From Schizochytrium sp. TIO01 (Eukaryota > Protista > Bigyra: Labyrinthulomycetes), in contig SMSO01000014.1 of NCBI GenBank assembly GCA_004764695.1, positions 5,032,845-5,096,844 of the forward strand: a stretch of 64,000 bases of DNA. The letters run 5' to 3'. Positions within the stretch are counted from its first letter, which is position 1. Each line of letters begins with the position of its first letter. The notes beneath the pieces were generated by a model. That model did not search any database and was not told the DNA's origin. It saw only the letters and a list, made by a program, of their open reading frames with translations. A program made the translations under genes and the position numbers. Below, piece by piece: positions 42,301-53,194 of the stretch.

Positions 42301-44719
42301 TTTCGACGAAACCACGCGACTCGGGACCAAGATCATCCTTGTAAAAGTGCGGCAGGGTACGGTAGCGGAAACCAAAAGGAATACGCTGACCCTCAACGTT
42401 TTGCTGACCTACACAACCCATAATTTGAGAAATGTTAATGAAACTTCCCTTGGAACCAGAGGTCACAGTGGCCTTGAAGTTGTTTTCCGCAGTAAGAGAC
42501 TTGACAGACTCCTTACCGGCGTTATCACGAGCCTCGTTGAGACAAATGTTCACATGATCCTCGAAACTCTCCTGCATAGTACGTCCGGGCTGGACCTTGA
42601 GCATTCCGCGCTGACCTTGTTTGACGAGATCAGCGACCTTGAGCTTGGCAGTTTCAAGGACGTCACGAACCTTGGCCAAGGTGGCGTCATCAGCCACTGT
42701 ATCACCAACACCAACGGTGAAACCGTAGTGGAGAATGAAGTGGTTGCTAATCTTTTGAATCTGGTTCATGAGAATACGGGTAACCTCAGGACCCATTTCG
42801 TTAAAGCACGTGTGCACCAGGCCACCCTGTTTAGCACCGAGTGTAGACTTGTCAATAATACCAGTGATGATTTCACCATTTTGAATGAGTACCTGTGTAT
42901 CTTCAGGGTTAAGATCACGCGGAAACTTCTCCTTGTTGTTATGGCCGTTAGCGCGTGCAGTCAAGTTGATACCATGCGGGACGATCTGGCTGAACACCTG
43001 CTTACCAGTCCACAGAGCATGATAGCTTCCAGCGCGTGTCTTATCTGGGACCATAATGGCTGGAATAGGGATGTTACCTGTGAAGTCCTCGACCCACATG
43101 AGTTGGTTAAAGACCTCATTGCGGTTAAGAAAAATGTCACGGCGAGTCATGCGCCACGATCCCAAAAGGGAGTCCTGCACAATACCCATGACAGGACGGT
43201 TACTTTGGGGGGAGACAATCACCTTGTTCACCATCATGTTGGTTTCTGCCTCGGCACGGGCTGTCAGGCCCTGAGGCACGTGCAAGTTCATCTCATCACC
43301 ATCAAAATCAGCGTTGTAAGGGGACGTCACACTAAGGTTCATGCGGAAAGTGGACCAGTACATGACACGGACACGATGTCCCATGATACTCATCTTGTGC
43401 AACGATGGCTGACGGTTGAAGAGCACAACATCATCGTTGGCAAGGTGACGTTCCACAATCCATCCAGTCTTGAGCACAATGTCATTAGGGTCGCTGTAAC
43501 GCAAATCCATTTTCAAACCCTGATCGTTGATAATGTAGCGTGCACCGGGGTGTTTGTCCGGACCATTCTGGACAAGAGCTTTGAGGCGCTTGAGGTTGAA
43601 CGCGGTGACTCGCTCTGGCACGGTCAGATTGAGAGCAATCGACCGGGGCACACCGACTTGGTCAATACTCAAGTTGGGATCTGCCGTAATCACAGTACGG
43701 GCAGAAAAATCCACACGTTTACCCATGAGGTTACCACGCACACGACCCTCCTTACCAACAAGACGCTGACGAAGCGTTTTCAAAGGCTTTCCGCTCTTTT
43801 GGCTCGCCTGAGCCTGGTACGGCAATTGGTTATCCACAAAGGTGGCGCAGTGGTATTGCAGCACCTGGATATACTGATCCAGCACGTGATCTGCGTCACC
43901 ATTTCGCTCACAGTGGAGCACGGCCAGGTTGGCCTTGACAATGTCACTCAGCTTGTGAGTAAGATCATCCTCACAGCGAGCAGCACCACCCATACTCACA
44001 CTGGGGCGCACCTGGGGTGGCGGCACAGGGAGGACCTGAAGAATGAGCCAGGAAGGATGGCACCACTTGGGGTCAAGGCCCAGCTTGCGAACATCATCAT
44101 CGGATATCTTTTTGAGGATCTCAAGAGCCTGCTGAGCGGTGAGTCGCTGCTTAGCCTCTCCAGTTCCAGGAATCTGATCTTTGTTTGCCTTTTCACCAAA
44201 GTCCATCATGATCTTAAGACCATCCTTGCGGTAGCGAGGCTGCGGCAGCTGAGAGCGCGGGCAGGTAGTAAAACGCGCAGAAAGTTTGCTGAGCGCTCCG
44301 AGCCGGTTCTTGCCGTCAAGGAGCTTGAGCTGTTCCCACGCGACTAGATCGTCTTTATCAGTGAAGAGAAGACCTCCATCATAGAAAGACACACACCGTA
44401 AAATTGCCAACACAGTGTTAAGAAATCCCACATGATAGACTGGCCGGGCCAATTCGATGTGGCCAAAGTAGCCAGGGTGGTTATTATCCCCCATAGCAGA
44501 ACCCATACGAGGGTCATTCACACCACCACGAACCGCCTCACCATCACGGTACGTCTCATGGGAAGTGATACCGGCTGGAATAGGTCTTTCATTCCGTACC
44601 ACGAGTTTCTGTGTTACAGAGTATCCCTTGAGCTCTTCAGGCGACATCACACTAAACTGAATGCGGTCAATCCGCTTCCACGGCACCGTGGAAAACGGGA
44701 AGAGATGAGAGGAAGCCAT
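39368..44719 (-). CDS. RPB1: DNA-directed RNA polymerase II largest subunit
   Basis: Motifs GNLMGKRVDFSARTVI, catalytic YNADFDGDEMN, SIGEPATQMTLNTFH and SFEET; C-terminal YSPSSP repeats. Confidence 0.99.
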   Translation of the reverse strand: MASSHLFPFSTVPWKRIDRIQFSVMSPEELKGYSVTQKLVVRNERPIPAGITSHETYRDGEAVRGGVNDPRMGSAMGDNNHPGYFGHIELARPVYHVGFLNTVLAILRCVSFYDGGLLFTDKDDLVAWEQLKLLDGKNRLGALSKLSARFTTCPRSQLPQPRYRKDGLKIMMDFGEKANKDQIPGTGEAKQRLTAQQALEILKKISDDDVRKLGLDPKWCHPSWLILQVLPVPPPQVRPSVSMGGAARCEDDLTHKLSDIVKANLAVLHCERNGDADHVLDQYIQVLQYHCATFVDNQLPYQAQASQKSGKPLKTLRQRLVGKEGRVRGNLMGKRVDFSARTVITADPNLSIDQVGVPRSIALNLTVPERVTAFNLKRLKALVQNGPDKHPGARYIINDQGLKMDLRYSDPNDIVLKTGWIVERHLANDDVVLFNRQPSLHKMSIMGHRVRVMYWSTFRMNLSVTSPYNADFDGDEMNLHVPQGLTARAEAETNMMVNKVIVSPQSNRPVMGIVQDSLLGSWRMTRRDIFLNRNEVFNQLMWVEDFTGNIPIPAIMVPDKTRAGSYHALWTGKQVFSQIVPHGINLTARANGHNNKEKFPRDLNPEDTQVLIQNGEIITGIIDKSTLGAKQGGLVHTCFNEMGPEVTRILMNQIQKISNHFILHYGFTVGVGDTVADDATLAKVRDVLETAKLKVADLVKQGQRGMLKVQPGRTMQESFEDHVNICLNEARDNAGKESVKSLTAENNFKATVTSGSKGSFINISQIMGCVGQQNVEGQRIPFGFRYRTLPHFYKDDLGPESRGFVENSYLKGLSPQEFYFHAMGGREGLIDTACKTAETGYIQRRLVKALEDLSVRYDNTVRNGRGDIIQFLYGEDGMDGAFVESQRFDLLRLSKREFDDTFVYRVDDADFGTHHGKPYLLPNITLKLRNDPEAVEILNEEADQLRRDQTLLRTIAAEREPGGVMAMEETLHLPVNVSRMIWNVSHTYHIDKNRTSDLDPCEIVRDVSNLCDRLVVVLGDDPLSREAQDNATKLIKILIRSSLASKVILVKHRLTRDAFRSLIGQIESRFFKSMVNPGEMCGVLAAQSIGEPATQMTLNTFHFAGVSAKNVTLGVPRLKEVINGAKNVKTPSVTVYLDQEHRNTEARASEVMSRLEYTRLRELATETSIIFDPDPENTCVEEDSDFVSGFWEMEGDSDIRADQLSPWLLRIVAEKKLMRFKKISNNELLKTIQNDFGDTLHCIVNDDNSPECIIHIRIVRSNVGGAPTKEDGEANGEDGEAQAPVVEEEQLHGIDEFIFLRRLETELLDNLRLRGIPNIKKCFVREFDKAKGWDPETGAEYDKKEWVLDTDGTNLLAILAQPGVDHTRTVSNHCIEIWQVLGAEALRRSLLNEIRAVISFDGSYVNYRHLSMLCDVMAARGELQPVTRHGINRNGSGPLQRCSFEETVELLMDAAAFSECDPLAAVSENIMLGQLAPIGTGAFELFIDEDMLKDAIEIDAEEDVANDGGVLDPHVSASAGMATPLAGAFSPTMSPGGFAPFSPSADGAFSPGPGGSPMSPGFSPSSPGYQPSSPAYQPQSPAAGASPSYNRMSSAGAQSPGYGGGFSPSSPAYSPNSPAYASPTSPMYGGAASPSSPAYSPSSPAAAYSPSSPAAAYSPSSPAAAYSPSSPAAAYSPSSPAAAYSPSSPAQAYSPSSPAQAYSPSSPAQAYSPSSPAQAYGASPMSPAYSPSSPAAQYNQQYSPASPSYSPSSPAVGGGAYSPASPAYSPASPAYSPSSPAAE

Positions 44720-46085
44720 CTTGCCAGTTGTTTTTATTTATTTCTTATCCAAAACCTTAAGCTCTGCAATATCTCCCAAATTTCAAGACAAGAAGCGTCT
44801 CGAAATATGATACCAGTGTTTGACGAGCTGTCTACGAAAGTAAGTTCCTCTGCTACACGTTAAGATTGTGAGCAGTAGCTTTGAAACGTCTCTCAAGCGA
44901 AAGAAATCCTTAAATGCAAGCGACCAAAGAGAGTCCCTGGAAAACCTTGACGTGAATTGAAGTTTTCAGATATGCCTCAAATCTGTATATAGGCGCAGCT
45001 CGAGCCGCCGTTGACTACCGCGACCGCTAGGTGCGCACAGAGATCGTTGAGGGTTGCCCGGAGGGCCTTCTCAGTGGCTTCCAAGAAGTTTGATTGAAGC
45101 CTCTTTGCCGTGTGCTGCTCGCGAGCGCGCTCTTATCGGGCCGCGACGATACGGGCGTGTCGCGCGTCTCGCCTTGGCGTGGCGGGCTGTTACTGTTAGT
45201 GTTTTATATAGCTGACCACTAGACCGCCGGCCAGGGGCGCTAGAGCCGCAATACGGATGCCAATGACGGGCAGCCGGGCGCGATAGAGCCGCCGCGGGAC
45301 GGCTTCGCGACGCCGTATATGAGGGCCGCTGACGCTGGCGGCCTTCTCTTTGCCTGCGCTGCCTCCCGCGCTGCCTACGCCGCTCCGAGCCGCGCAGCGC
45401 GATCCTCCTTTGCCTGCTCGCCGCGCCTTCTCTCGCCTATTATAATACCGCACTCTCCCATTTAAATACCATACTAATCCCCTTTAATCATGAATTTCAG
45501 ACGGCCATAGGAGTTCCTATACCACCGATAGTAACCCCTCGGTCTTTCTCTTTTTTATTTCCATCTCTGTGCCCAATAGCACCTTTGCTACAGAAAACCT
45601 TAACAGGGCTTTCATGTGATCTTTATGCTTAGCGTAATCAGTATACAGATCATTAGGAGTGGCGAAGCCCGTTCTTCTTGCCCTGAAAGGAGAAGAACGA
45701 CGGCACAGAATAAGGCGAAGGTTAGAACAGGTCCCAGGTCCCGGATTCAAGCCGCCGCTTGCTGCAAGTTGCAATGGCCACCAGCTGCATTCTGGAGACC
45801 ACGGAAATGTCGGAAACCGTCCTGGGGAGGTACTCTAGAGGCTGACACAATTGGAAACCATGAAGCCAAGCTTTGGTCGAGATATACAGCAATCATGAAC
45901 GACCTTGGCGAAGGTACTGTGCTTTTCAGCGCGGCATGAAAGATTTTGCCACGAACAGCACATGGGACAGAGAGGCGGTACCTGGCTTGGTACCATATCT
46001 TTCTTCTGTGTATTGGCCTACAAAAGTACCTATGAGGTACCTTAGTAGTAAGAAGAACCTTGTAGATATTTTTATTATTATCAAT

Positions 46086-46343
46086 TTACACTTAGAGTTT
46101 AACCTATACAATTCATGAAACTTGCATTTCCTATGGTAACAAAGTGGCCAACTGCAGGTTAAAAACTAACCCGCGACTCGACAGAGATGGCGACGTTAAT
46201 ATCTATGTAAGGATATGATTTAAGAATTGGCTTTGAGCCAGTCGCAGGTTAGTTTTAAACCCGTGATCGGGCCTTAGCCCCACTTTGTCACCATTACTAA
46301 AATGCAAGTTTTGTAAATTGTATAGGTTAAATTGTAAGTGTAA
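46086..46343. mobile_element. Foldback/MITE-like element with ~90-100 bp imperfect inverted arms
   Basis: The left arm ttacacttagagtttaacctatacaattcatgaaacttgcattt..atggtaacaaagtgg..ggttaaaaactaacccgcgact mirrors the right arm agtcgcaggttagttttaaacc..ccactttgtcaccat..aaatgcaagttttgtaaattgtataggttaaattgtaagtgtaa. Confidence 0.65.
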
Positions 46344-49300
46344 CGGGTATGAATTTACAGTATTGCTAGCTACTGGTGGATATTTAAGGTAAAAGAGATT
46401 CTATGGTTTTCGATAGTAGCTACTATAACTACTCAATAGCGGCCAAGCGTTGTTCTTTGGAAAATCTGAATGATTACGGGTTGATCTAACTTTTTTAAAG
46501 ACTGAAGGATAGAAATTGCCCTGTGGAAGAAGATCTCAATGATTGATTATATGCATTAAAGAGGGTGAGTAAAGCCTAATATCTTGAAGAGCTTAGTTTT
46601 AAATTTAGGAAGTTTTGAGTACTGAGATTGCCACGAAATTGATTGATCTAGGCCTTACCTTTGTGTCTTTTTTTTTAATTTAGTGATTCAGGTGAGGAAA
46701 TTTAATTTCTTTTGAAGCATCACCTAGTTACCGCATAGGAGTAAAAAATAAATGTCATTATCCTTTCTGCATCATCTTTTCTAATTAGCATTCTGCTTAG
46801 TAAATTACGAGTAGCAATATAATTAATGTCAGTCATGAATTTCTGCAATTCTAGCTGAAAATGTCCTCCGCTCTAATCTCAACTTGAAATATCGCATGCT
46901 AATCAATGAACATCAGGTTTACTATATTAAGTGGCGAATCTTAGGTTTAAGAACAAATGTTAAGGCCTATGATTCAGCGTTCTGTTAGACTTGAAGTTAA
47001 ATTGTTTAGTGTGTCTTTAGTATAACTTATATGTATCCTCCAAAGTATGAGGCTATCAACCAAATACTTCACTAACCTTTTTTTAAACATCCATTTGTAG
47101 TATGTCAAGTTCTTTTGGAATTGTGCCACCTACTCACTTCAACGACCAGGATGCTTCAAATTGTAGCAGAAAGTTGTCTCAGGTCTTGCAAAGTGTTCTG
47201 TAGTCGTTCGGTTCGATTGTCTTATAACTCCAATCATTGACTCTGCGTTAAGCAAAAAATGCTTTTTGACTCCGTTTCTTTTTTGAAAAGTAAAGTTTGT
47301 AAAACTTTGTCGTTGTTCCCGTTTAGGTACAAAGATACGTTTGAAACCATCACGCTCACTGTTGCCTTTGCAATGATAGTCATTTCTCCTTCTGTGCAGC
47401 TCTGGCGCTGGAATTTAAGTTTCAATTACATCAGAGCTAATCTCACAAAGACAATCGATGGTTTTGAGTAGAGCGTGACCGTTCAAGCAATTCTATATTC
47501 AACCTGGTAGAATTGAATGCAATACTAGTTTAACAAAGAAAACGTCCATGACGTAACAATATCATCGCTGAGGTCATCACTGTATAACCAATTGGCCAAG
47601 CTATTGCTATAATTATTGGGAAAGTATTGTGCGTCCTCTCGAAGACTCGAACAGCGGTATGCATGAAGAACCAGAACTGGTAAACTTCTTCCATGTTGTG
47701 CAATATACACTATTCTTTCAAAGTATACTATGAATCACACTGCCTAGGAATTCATTCACTGGTTCGAACCACCGATCCATAGGGTGAAGGAGAGGAAACG
47801 CTTGATGAGTTGTTTCCCTGTCTGAGCAAGTGTAACTTATGGAAGTCGTTAGCGAAATCGTCGATGCCTTTAAATTGTTGCTGATGATGATTTATTGGCA
47901 TTCTAAATACAGCTTGTAAGATTGCAAAAAATTCCATGCCCTAACATAACTCTGGTAAACTTCTCAGCCATAACTCTAGGCAAACATGGGTTCTTTTTTT
48001 GGTTGCAAATATACATGATGAGACTATACAGATAGTAGCCACGAAGATAGAAGCGAATTTCAATGAATAGTGGAGCCTGTTGGTGTTCAGAAGTATTCTT
48101 CGAGCGAAATGGTTCACTAGGAGCAACATTTGAAACAAAACAAGCGTCTTCAAATTAGATTGCAGGGCATTTCCCTTTATACTACACGCCAAATCTAATA
48201 CATTCAGACTGAAAACGTAAAAGATAAGCATCCCGGAATACAAATAATCGAATGTTGTTAGCTCCTTTACATCAGGCAGCAAAACATTGCTTCATCAGAA
48301 CGTTTAACGTTATGTTGAAGGATCTACATGCTGGCTTGGTTCCGAACACATTCCAGATTATCATGTTTCCTTCTCACTTTGTACAATCAAACTTAGAAAC
48401 TATCTAACAATTCAATTGCTGAGATCTTCAATTGAAGAAACTTCTGGGCACGACACAGCTCGAGTTGTTTGCATCCCATTATAAGTTCCCATAAATTAGG
48501 ATTTACATTGGACAAGAATAAGCAACCGTATGCGTGGTTGCAAACTCGGGTGCAAACTCAGAATACGCGAGAGCTGAAAGGGGTTATACGTATTCACTAG
48601 AATCAAGTATGGTAGAATTTGAATTGGTGGTTTGAATAGTCAAGTTGACCTTAACTTTTCAATTGTTTGTAGTTCAAATTAAATATGTCTTAGCAACATG
48701 AATCAGTCGGTCCTGGAATTCATTTCCATAGACAGCAAATTACTAAGTCGCAAAGCCTAAGCTTATCAATCACTCTTGAGCCTTTTGTCTTCATTTTGAC
48801 AGTCAGCCTCTAGCTGACCAGATTCATATCTCAGCACCCATCTAAATTCGTTATCCTTTATTCTCGTTGTGGCGACTCTTGGAAAAGAATTTGATGTTGT
48901 AACAATACAGCAAAAGCTGAGGCACCAGCATTCAGATGGCGAAGATATGGCATTATTATATTCTTACTTTCAAATTTGAAAGAAGTTCTAAAGTTTAGCC
49001 CGTCGGCATCGCTGTGTGCAGAGTGAAGTTACAAAGTAGATGCCCATCATACGTGGATTACTACTGAAGAACTCCTTCACAAAAAATATAGAGTACTGAA
49101 TGGCTAGATGAGCAGCGTCAAACTCCTCACTTCAGTAAATCAAGCGTTTTTCGTTGTTACTATTGAAGCAATATACAGCTACTGCCTAACCTCACCTCAC
49201 CTAACTTAACCAAGCTCTCATGTCCGACACATACTGTGTATTGGACTGACATCATACATTCATCCCTGCCTGTATCCAGACCCCAAACCCCAATAACTCA

Positions 49301-49784
49301 TATATCATCCTTTTTCTCTTTCTCCTGAGTTCGCCATTTTTGTCAGACTACCTCTGCATGCTTCACAGCACAAGCTTCTCTGCAATAGTTACTCGCATGA
49401 AAGTGGGATTCTCTTATCTTAATAATGTTTAAGCACGATTTTGAAGCCTATATCTATTCTGTATGTTGCAGAGTGGATCAAGTTTTGAAAGGAGATCTAC
49501 GATGCCTTGTTTAGACGGGGCACATAATTTGCAGAAATTGGAGTACGTAAACAATTATTTTGATTCTGTAAAGTATTAAATGGTAGGATGAGTTGCAAGG
49601 CCCTATTTATATAGATTACCTGCTCCTTTTTCCCCCGTTTGATTTCACATCATACGCTGAGAATGTAGATAATGCCTGCACTTATACAAGTTTTGTGATT
49701 CGCTATGTTGTTGGAGAGAAAAAAATTGAGACCAAGCCTTTCTGCAGGGTAGAGCATTTGGAGCCAATGTCTGGTGGTCTGGGC

Positions 49785-50342
49785 TTACGCATATTTAGAG
49801 AAGAGAGTACCAGGTGCACAGCTGGGTATAAGCCAGGGCCGCGGATGCATCGCACGAATAACTTTGACGGAACTAGTTTTGCGTGAACCTTGATCAAGAT
49901 CCTCATCGTTATCATCTAACGTGCTACCATACTTGGAAGGGGATCCTGATCCCAGAGGCTTGACTGTCTCAAAGAACTCTCCATTGCGGACCGAAAGCCA
50001 TGGCTTCAGGTTCAAGTAGCGCTCATCGTCATCGCTTACCTCGGAGACGCGCTTCATTGCGGGCCAGATAGATCTCCCATCCATGTCAAAAAACTTTCCG
50101 TTCGGTACAGGCTCTCCTGCCACGATATGAACTTTGTTAAACCAACTCACATTGGCAGAAGAGTTCCACTTCGCGGGGTGCTGGGCGTAGTTATCTTTGT
50201 TAAGCGCAGCTAGTTTGGCTCGGTGTCGAGCAACCACTCTTTGAGTTCTCTGATGTCGCTCTTGGGCGAGGTCGATCTTTTGCTGCCTCAAGTGATCAAT
50301 CAGATCATCTAGCGATTCTTGTTCACACGTTTCGGATTTCAT
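49785..50342 (-). CDS. Hypothetical protein (185 aa, N-terminal coiled coil)
   Basis: ATG-initiated ORF with coding-like GC content inside AT-rich flanks; no recognised domain. A GTAAG overlapping the stop codon could indicate a further exon. Confidence 0.65.
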   Translation of the reverse strand: MKSETCEQESLDDLIDHLRQQKIDLAQERHQRTQRVVARHRAKLAALNKDNYAQHPAKWNSSANVSWFNKVHIVAGEPVPNGKFFDMDGRSIWPAMKRVSEVSDDDERYLNLKPWLSVRNGEFFETVKPLGSGSPSKYGSTLDDNDEDLDQGSRKTSSVKVIRAMHPRPWLIPSCAPGTLFSKYA

Positions 50343-50949
50343 ATTGCCCAGCCGCGCCTACTACCAAACCCGTTGAACACTGTGACTCTCTGCCCAGGAC
50401 GGTGCACCACTGTCATGCAAGGACCATCAGTCGACTTCTACAATCAAGGATTAGAGTACAAATGACAGAATCAATTTCAGAACAAACAAAAACCGATACG
50501 CACTTGCTCTTTTATCTTATATAGTATCACCTCAAAGTATGTGTACGAATGAACAGAGTTGCTTGCGACCTATCGTTGGCCAGCGTTTTCAGTACGGTCA
50601 TATAACTGCGTAACGCTGCTGTACAAGTCCTGTTCACATATATCCGGTGAGAGATACTACTACTTGTACTAGCCTTAGCTGAAGATAGATATTTTTGTAA
50701 TATAATTAAAAAAAGCAGTCTTTTCTTATTTTTATTACATGTTTTGAATAATATTAAAAAATGAATGAATCTAGAAATTTACAAAAGTATAGAAATGCAA
50801 TAGATGGTTTCAGACACTGCTGGAACACGCAGCAGTGGAAGCGAGAAGCAAGCTATATTTTTTATCATTATTGATGAGGATTGTTGAGAACGCAGTTCAC
50901 AGGTATTGGTTTCTATACCTACTTATTAATACAAGAGAGATATACAATG

Positions 50950-53100
50950 GGGGTTGGGGGGTGGGCGCAATGTTTACTAAGAACACTAGCCTTAAAATGT
51001 CCACAGCACTTAATGCTGCACTGATCATTCTAGGTTTATTGATGTGTTGAATAATCTGCATAGAATGCGAGGGTTAATTTTATGTGCGAATTTCCCTCAT
51101 ACCATATTTCATGACTCCTTGGATGAATCCTTGAATTTTGTGAACGAAGCTGAGCAAATTAGCTAATAGAGTGTCAGGGTTATTTGTAGCAGCTTCGGGA
51201 GTATACCAAGCTGGTTTATGAGATGAAGGCCAACAAAAAGAATTTATTTTAGACTAACTTGTTTTCTTACCATACGAGAAAATTGAACAAGAATAGATCA
51301 AGAATATCTAGGAATGAATCACCCACTCAAAAACAAATTTAAATGCTTTGGAACACTTGAACCTCTTAAATTATTTGCTAACCCAACCGAAGTGTGCTGG
51401 TATTCATCTCATTAGAAGATTTATACGAGTTTGTATGCCGCTAAGCCTAGCATGTATATCTCCAATTTATATCGTTGTTGCCTGGACATTATGCAATGAA
51501 AAGTTCACTTGTCAGCAGTGAAAGCATCAGAACATCAAAACACTTCTTACTGAGTAACGCATAGGAAGGTAGCAGTGCCGGTATATACCTTTTCCTAGAT
51601 TCTTGGTGTTCCTCACCTCATGATTGATTTTGATCCTATGGAGCTAGATGCCGAATCGTGCTTTTGCGTGTCCCTTTTCGACTTTGGCATTTGCTGAGAT
51701 CAATAATCGAAGATACACACAAGTATAACAAGGTTAAAGTCCTTGCCAATTCTCAATGGGAACCAAAAGGCACAAAGCCACGCTTGGGGAAATTCTGACT
51801 GATGATGATCAACACTAGACGTGCGTTTGAGAGATCAATGAATATATAGCAACCCGAAACTAGAGTTAATGGTTAAGTATTTGCATAGAAGCCTGACCCC
51901 TTAAGTCCAAATGAGTCATATACATCGTTAAAAAACATAAATGACTTCCAAAATAGATTCCCAAAGTCAGCAGCGTGTTGACTTTAAAGCAGCGAACCAT
52001 ATCCTCATCTTTCTAAGCTAAGTTCTAACTTGATCACTCTCAACTTTCAGTAAAGTCTCTGCATAGATTGCTTGAAATGGTACGTCCTGTATACTCCTTC
52101 TCTCTAGCAGATGGCACATTAGAGCAGAAGGCGAAAGGTGGCTGTCCATGAGCCTCAGTTCTATCTCAAAGTTTGGCTTCCGATGACTCACATACGGAGT
52201 CGAATGAACAATTGAATTCGGCGTCAGGATATAAGTTGATCGAATAGTGTTATTAAAAGTCGTCAGAGTGCTTAAGTCTCTTGATACATTCGTTCCAGAT
52301 GCTTTGACAATCCACCAAAAGAATGCACGACAAATTATTTCACAAGAGTATAAAACTAGGTTATGAGCCGATTTTACAATGGGAAAAAATATATATCTAT
52401 AATTATTAATGAATATGCCCAACTACTTCCTTTCAGGTCAGAAATTATCGAAGCTTTTTAGTTTGACAGCATTAAAAAATAAATTAAAATATCTTGAGGG
52501 ATGATTCAGCCAGCCAACTAGATATTTTGATAATTGATAGAATCTTAATCAATGTTAAGTGAAAGAAGTGATAATAAAATGGTAGTTTGGACCAAAGGTT
52601 GGTTCCATAGCAAGGAACAGTAGGCTTTTTTGGCGAAGAAAAGTTCCTAAAGTTTCTTTGAGGATTAGGAAACAGCATTTTCTGTAGATAATATAGATTA
52701 CAATATTCTATAAACCGTGGCAATGCCACTCGTCTGAAGTAGGTTTTCATAGCGTCCTGGTAAGGAAAGACCCATCTTTCTGCTACATTCGTTTTCTATA
52801 TCAAAACTTCGAGTTTAAGCCACTCTATACGATTTCAAAAATCTTAAAATGGTACTTCTCCAAGGCTAATTTCACTGCTCTCAATAGTTAAACCTGCTTT
52901 TCGCACGGAAATGTGTGATAAGCTCCAAATCGAAGTAATGAAAAGAAAAACTTGGAGTGGTAAGATACATTTCTGCTCGTGAATTGATAGGTAGCGTGGA
53001 CCAGTTGTCCATGCAAAGTTGGAGCGCTTGTGTGCAAGGTGAAGAAGCATTCTTAACCTTTAGAAAAATGATTATATTCTCATAGGAAAGTCCTACTGCA
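50950..53100 (-). pseudogene. Possible decayed coding sequence
   Basis: Chain of short, stop-interrupted, protein-like minus-strand frames, for example KPAWYTPE..LLANLLSFV..YGMREIR at about 51085-51230. Confidence 0.25.
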
Positions 53101-53194
53101 GGTAACACGGGGAAGGGTAGCTGTCAAGCTCGTCAGCATGCTTAAAATCGAAGGTGTATCCTGAGTGCCAAGCAGTGTAGTTGTGCGTGAGCTG

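Noticed and set aside
41804-44347. 847-aa + strand ORF antisense to RPB1
   Set aside because: In-register antisense shadow produced by RPB1 codon bias; no domain-like content.
45720-45790. T-loop-like cccggattcaagcc suggesting a tRNA
   Set aside because: No acceptor, D or anticodon stems could be built.
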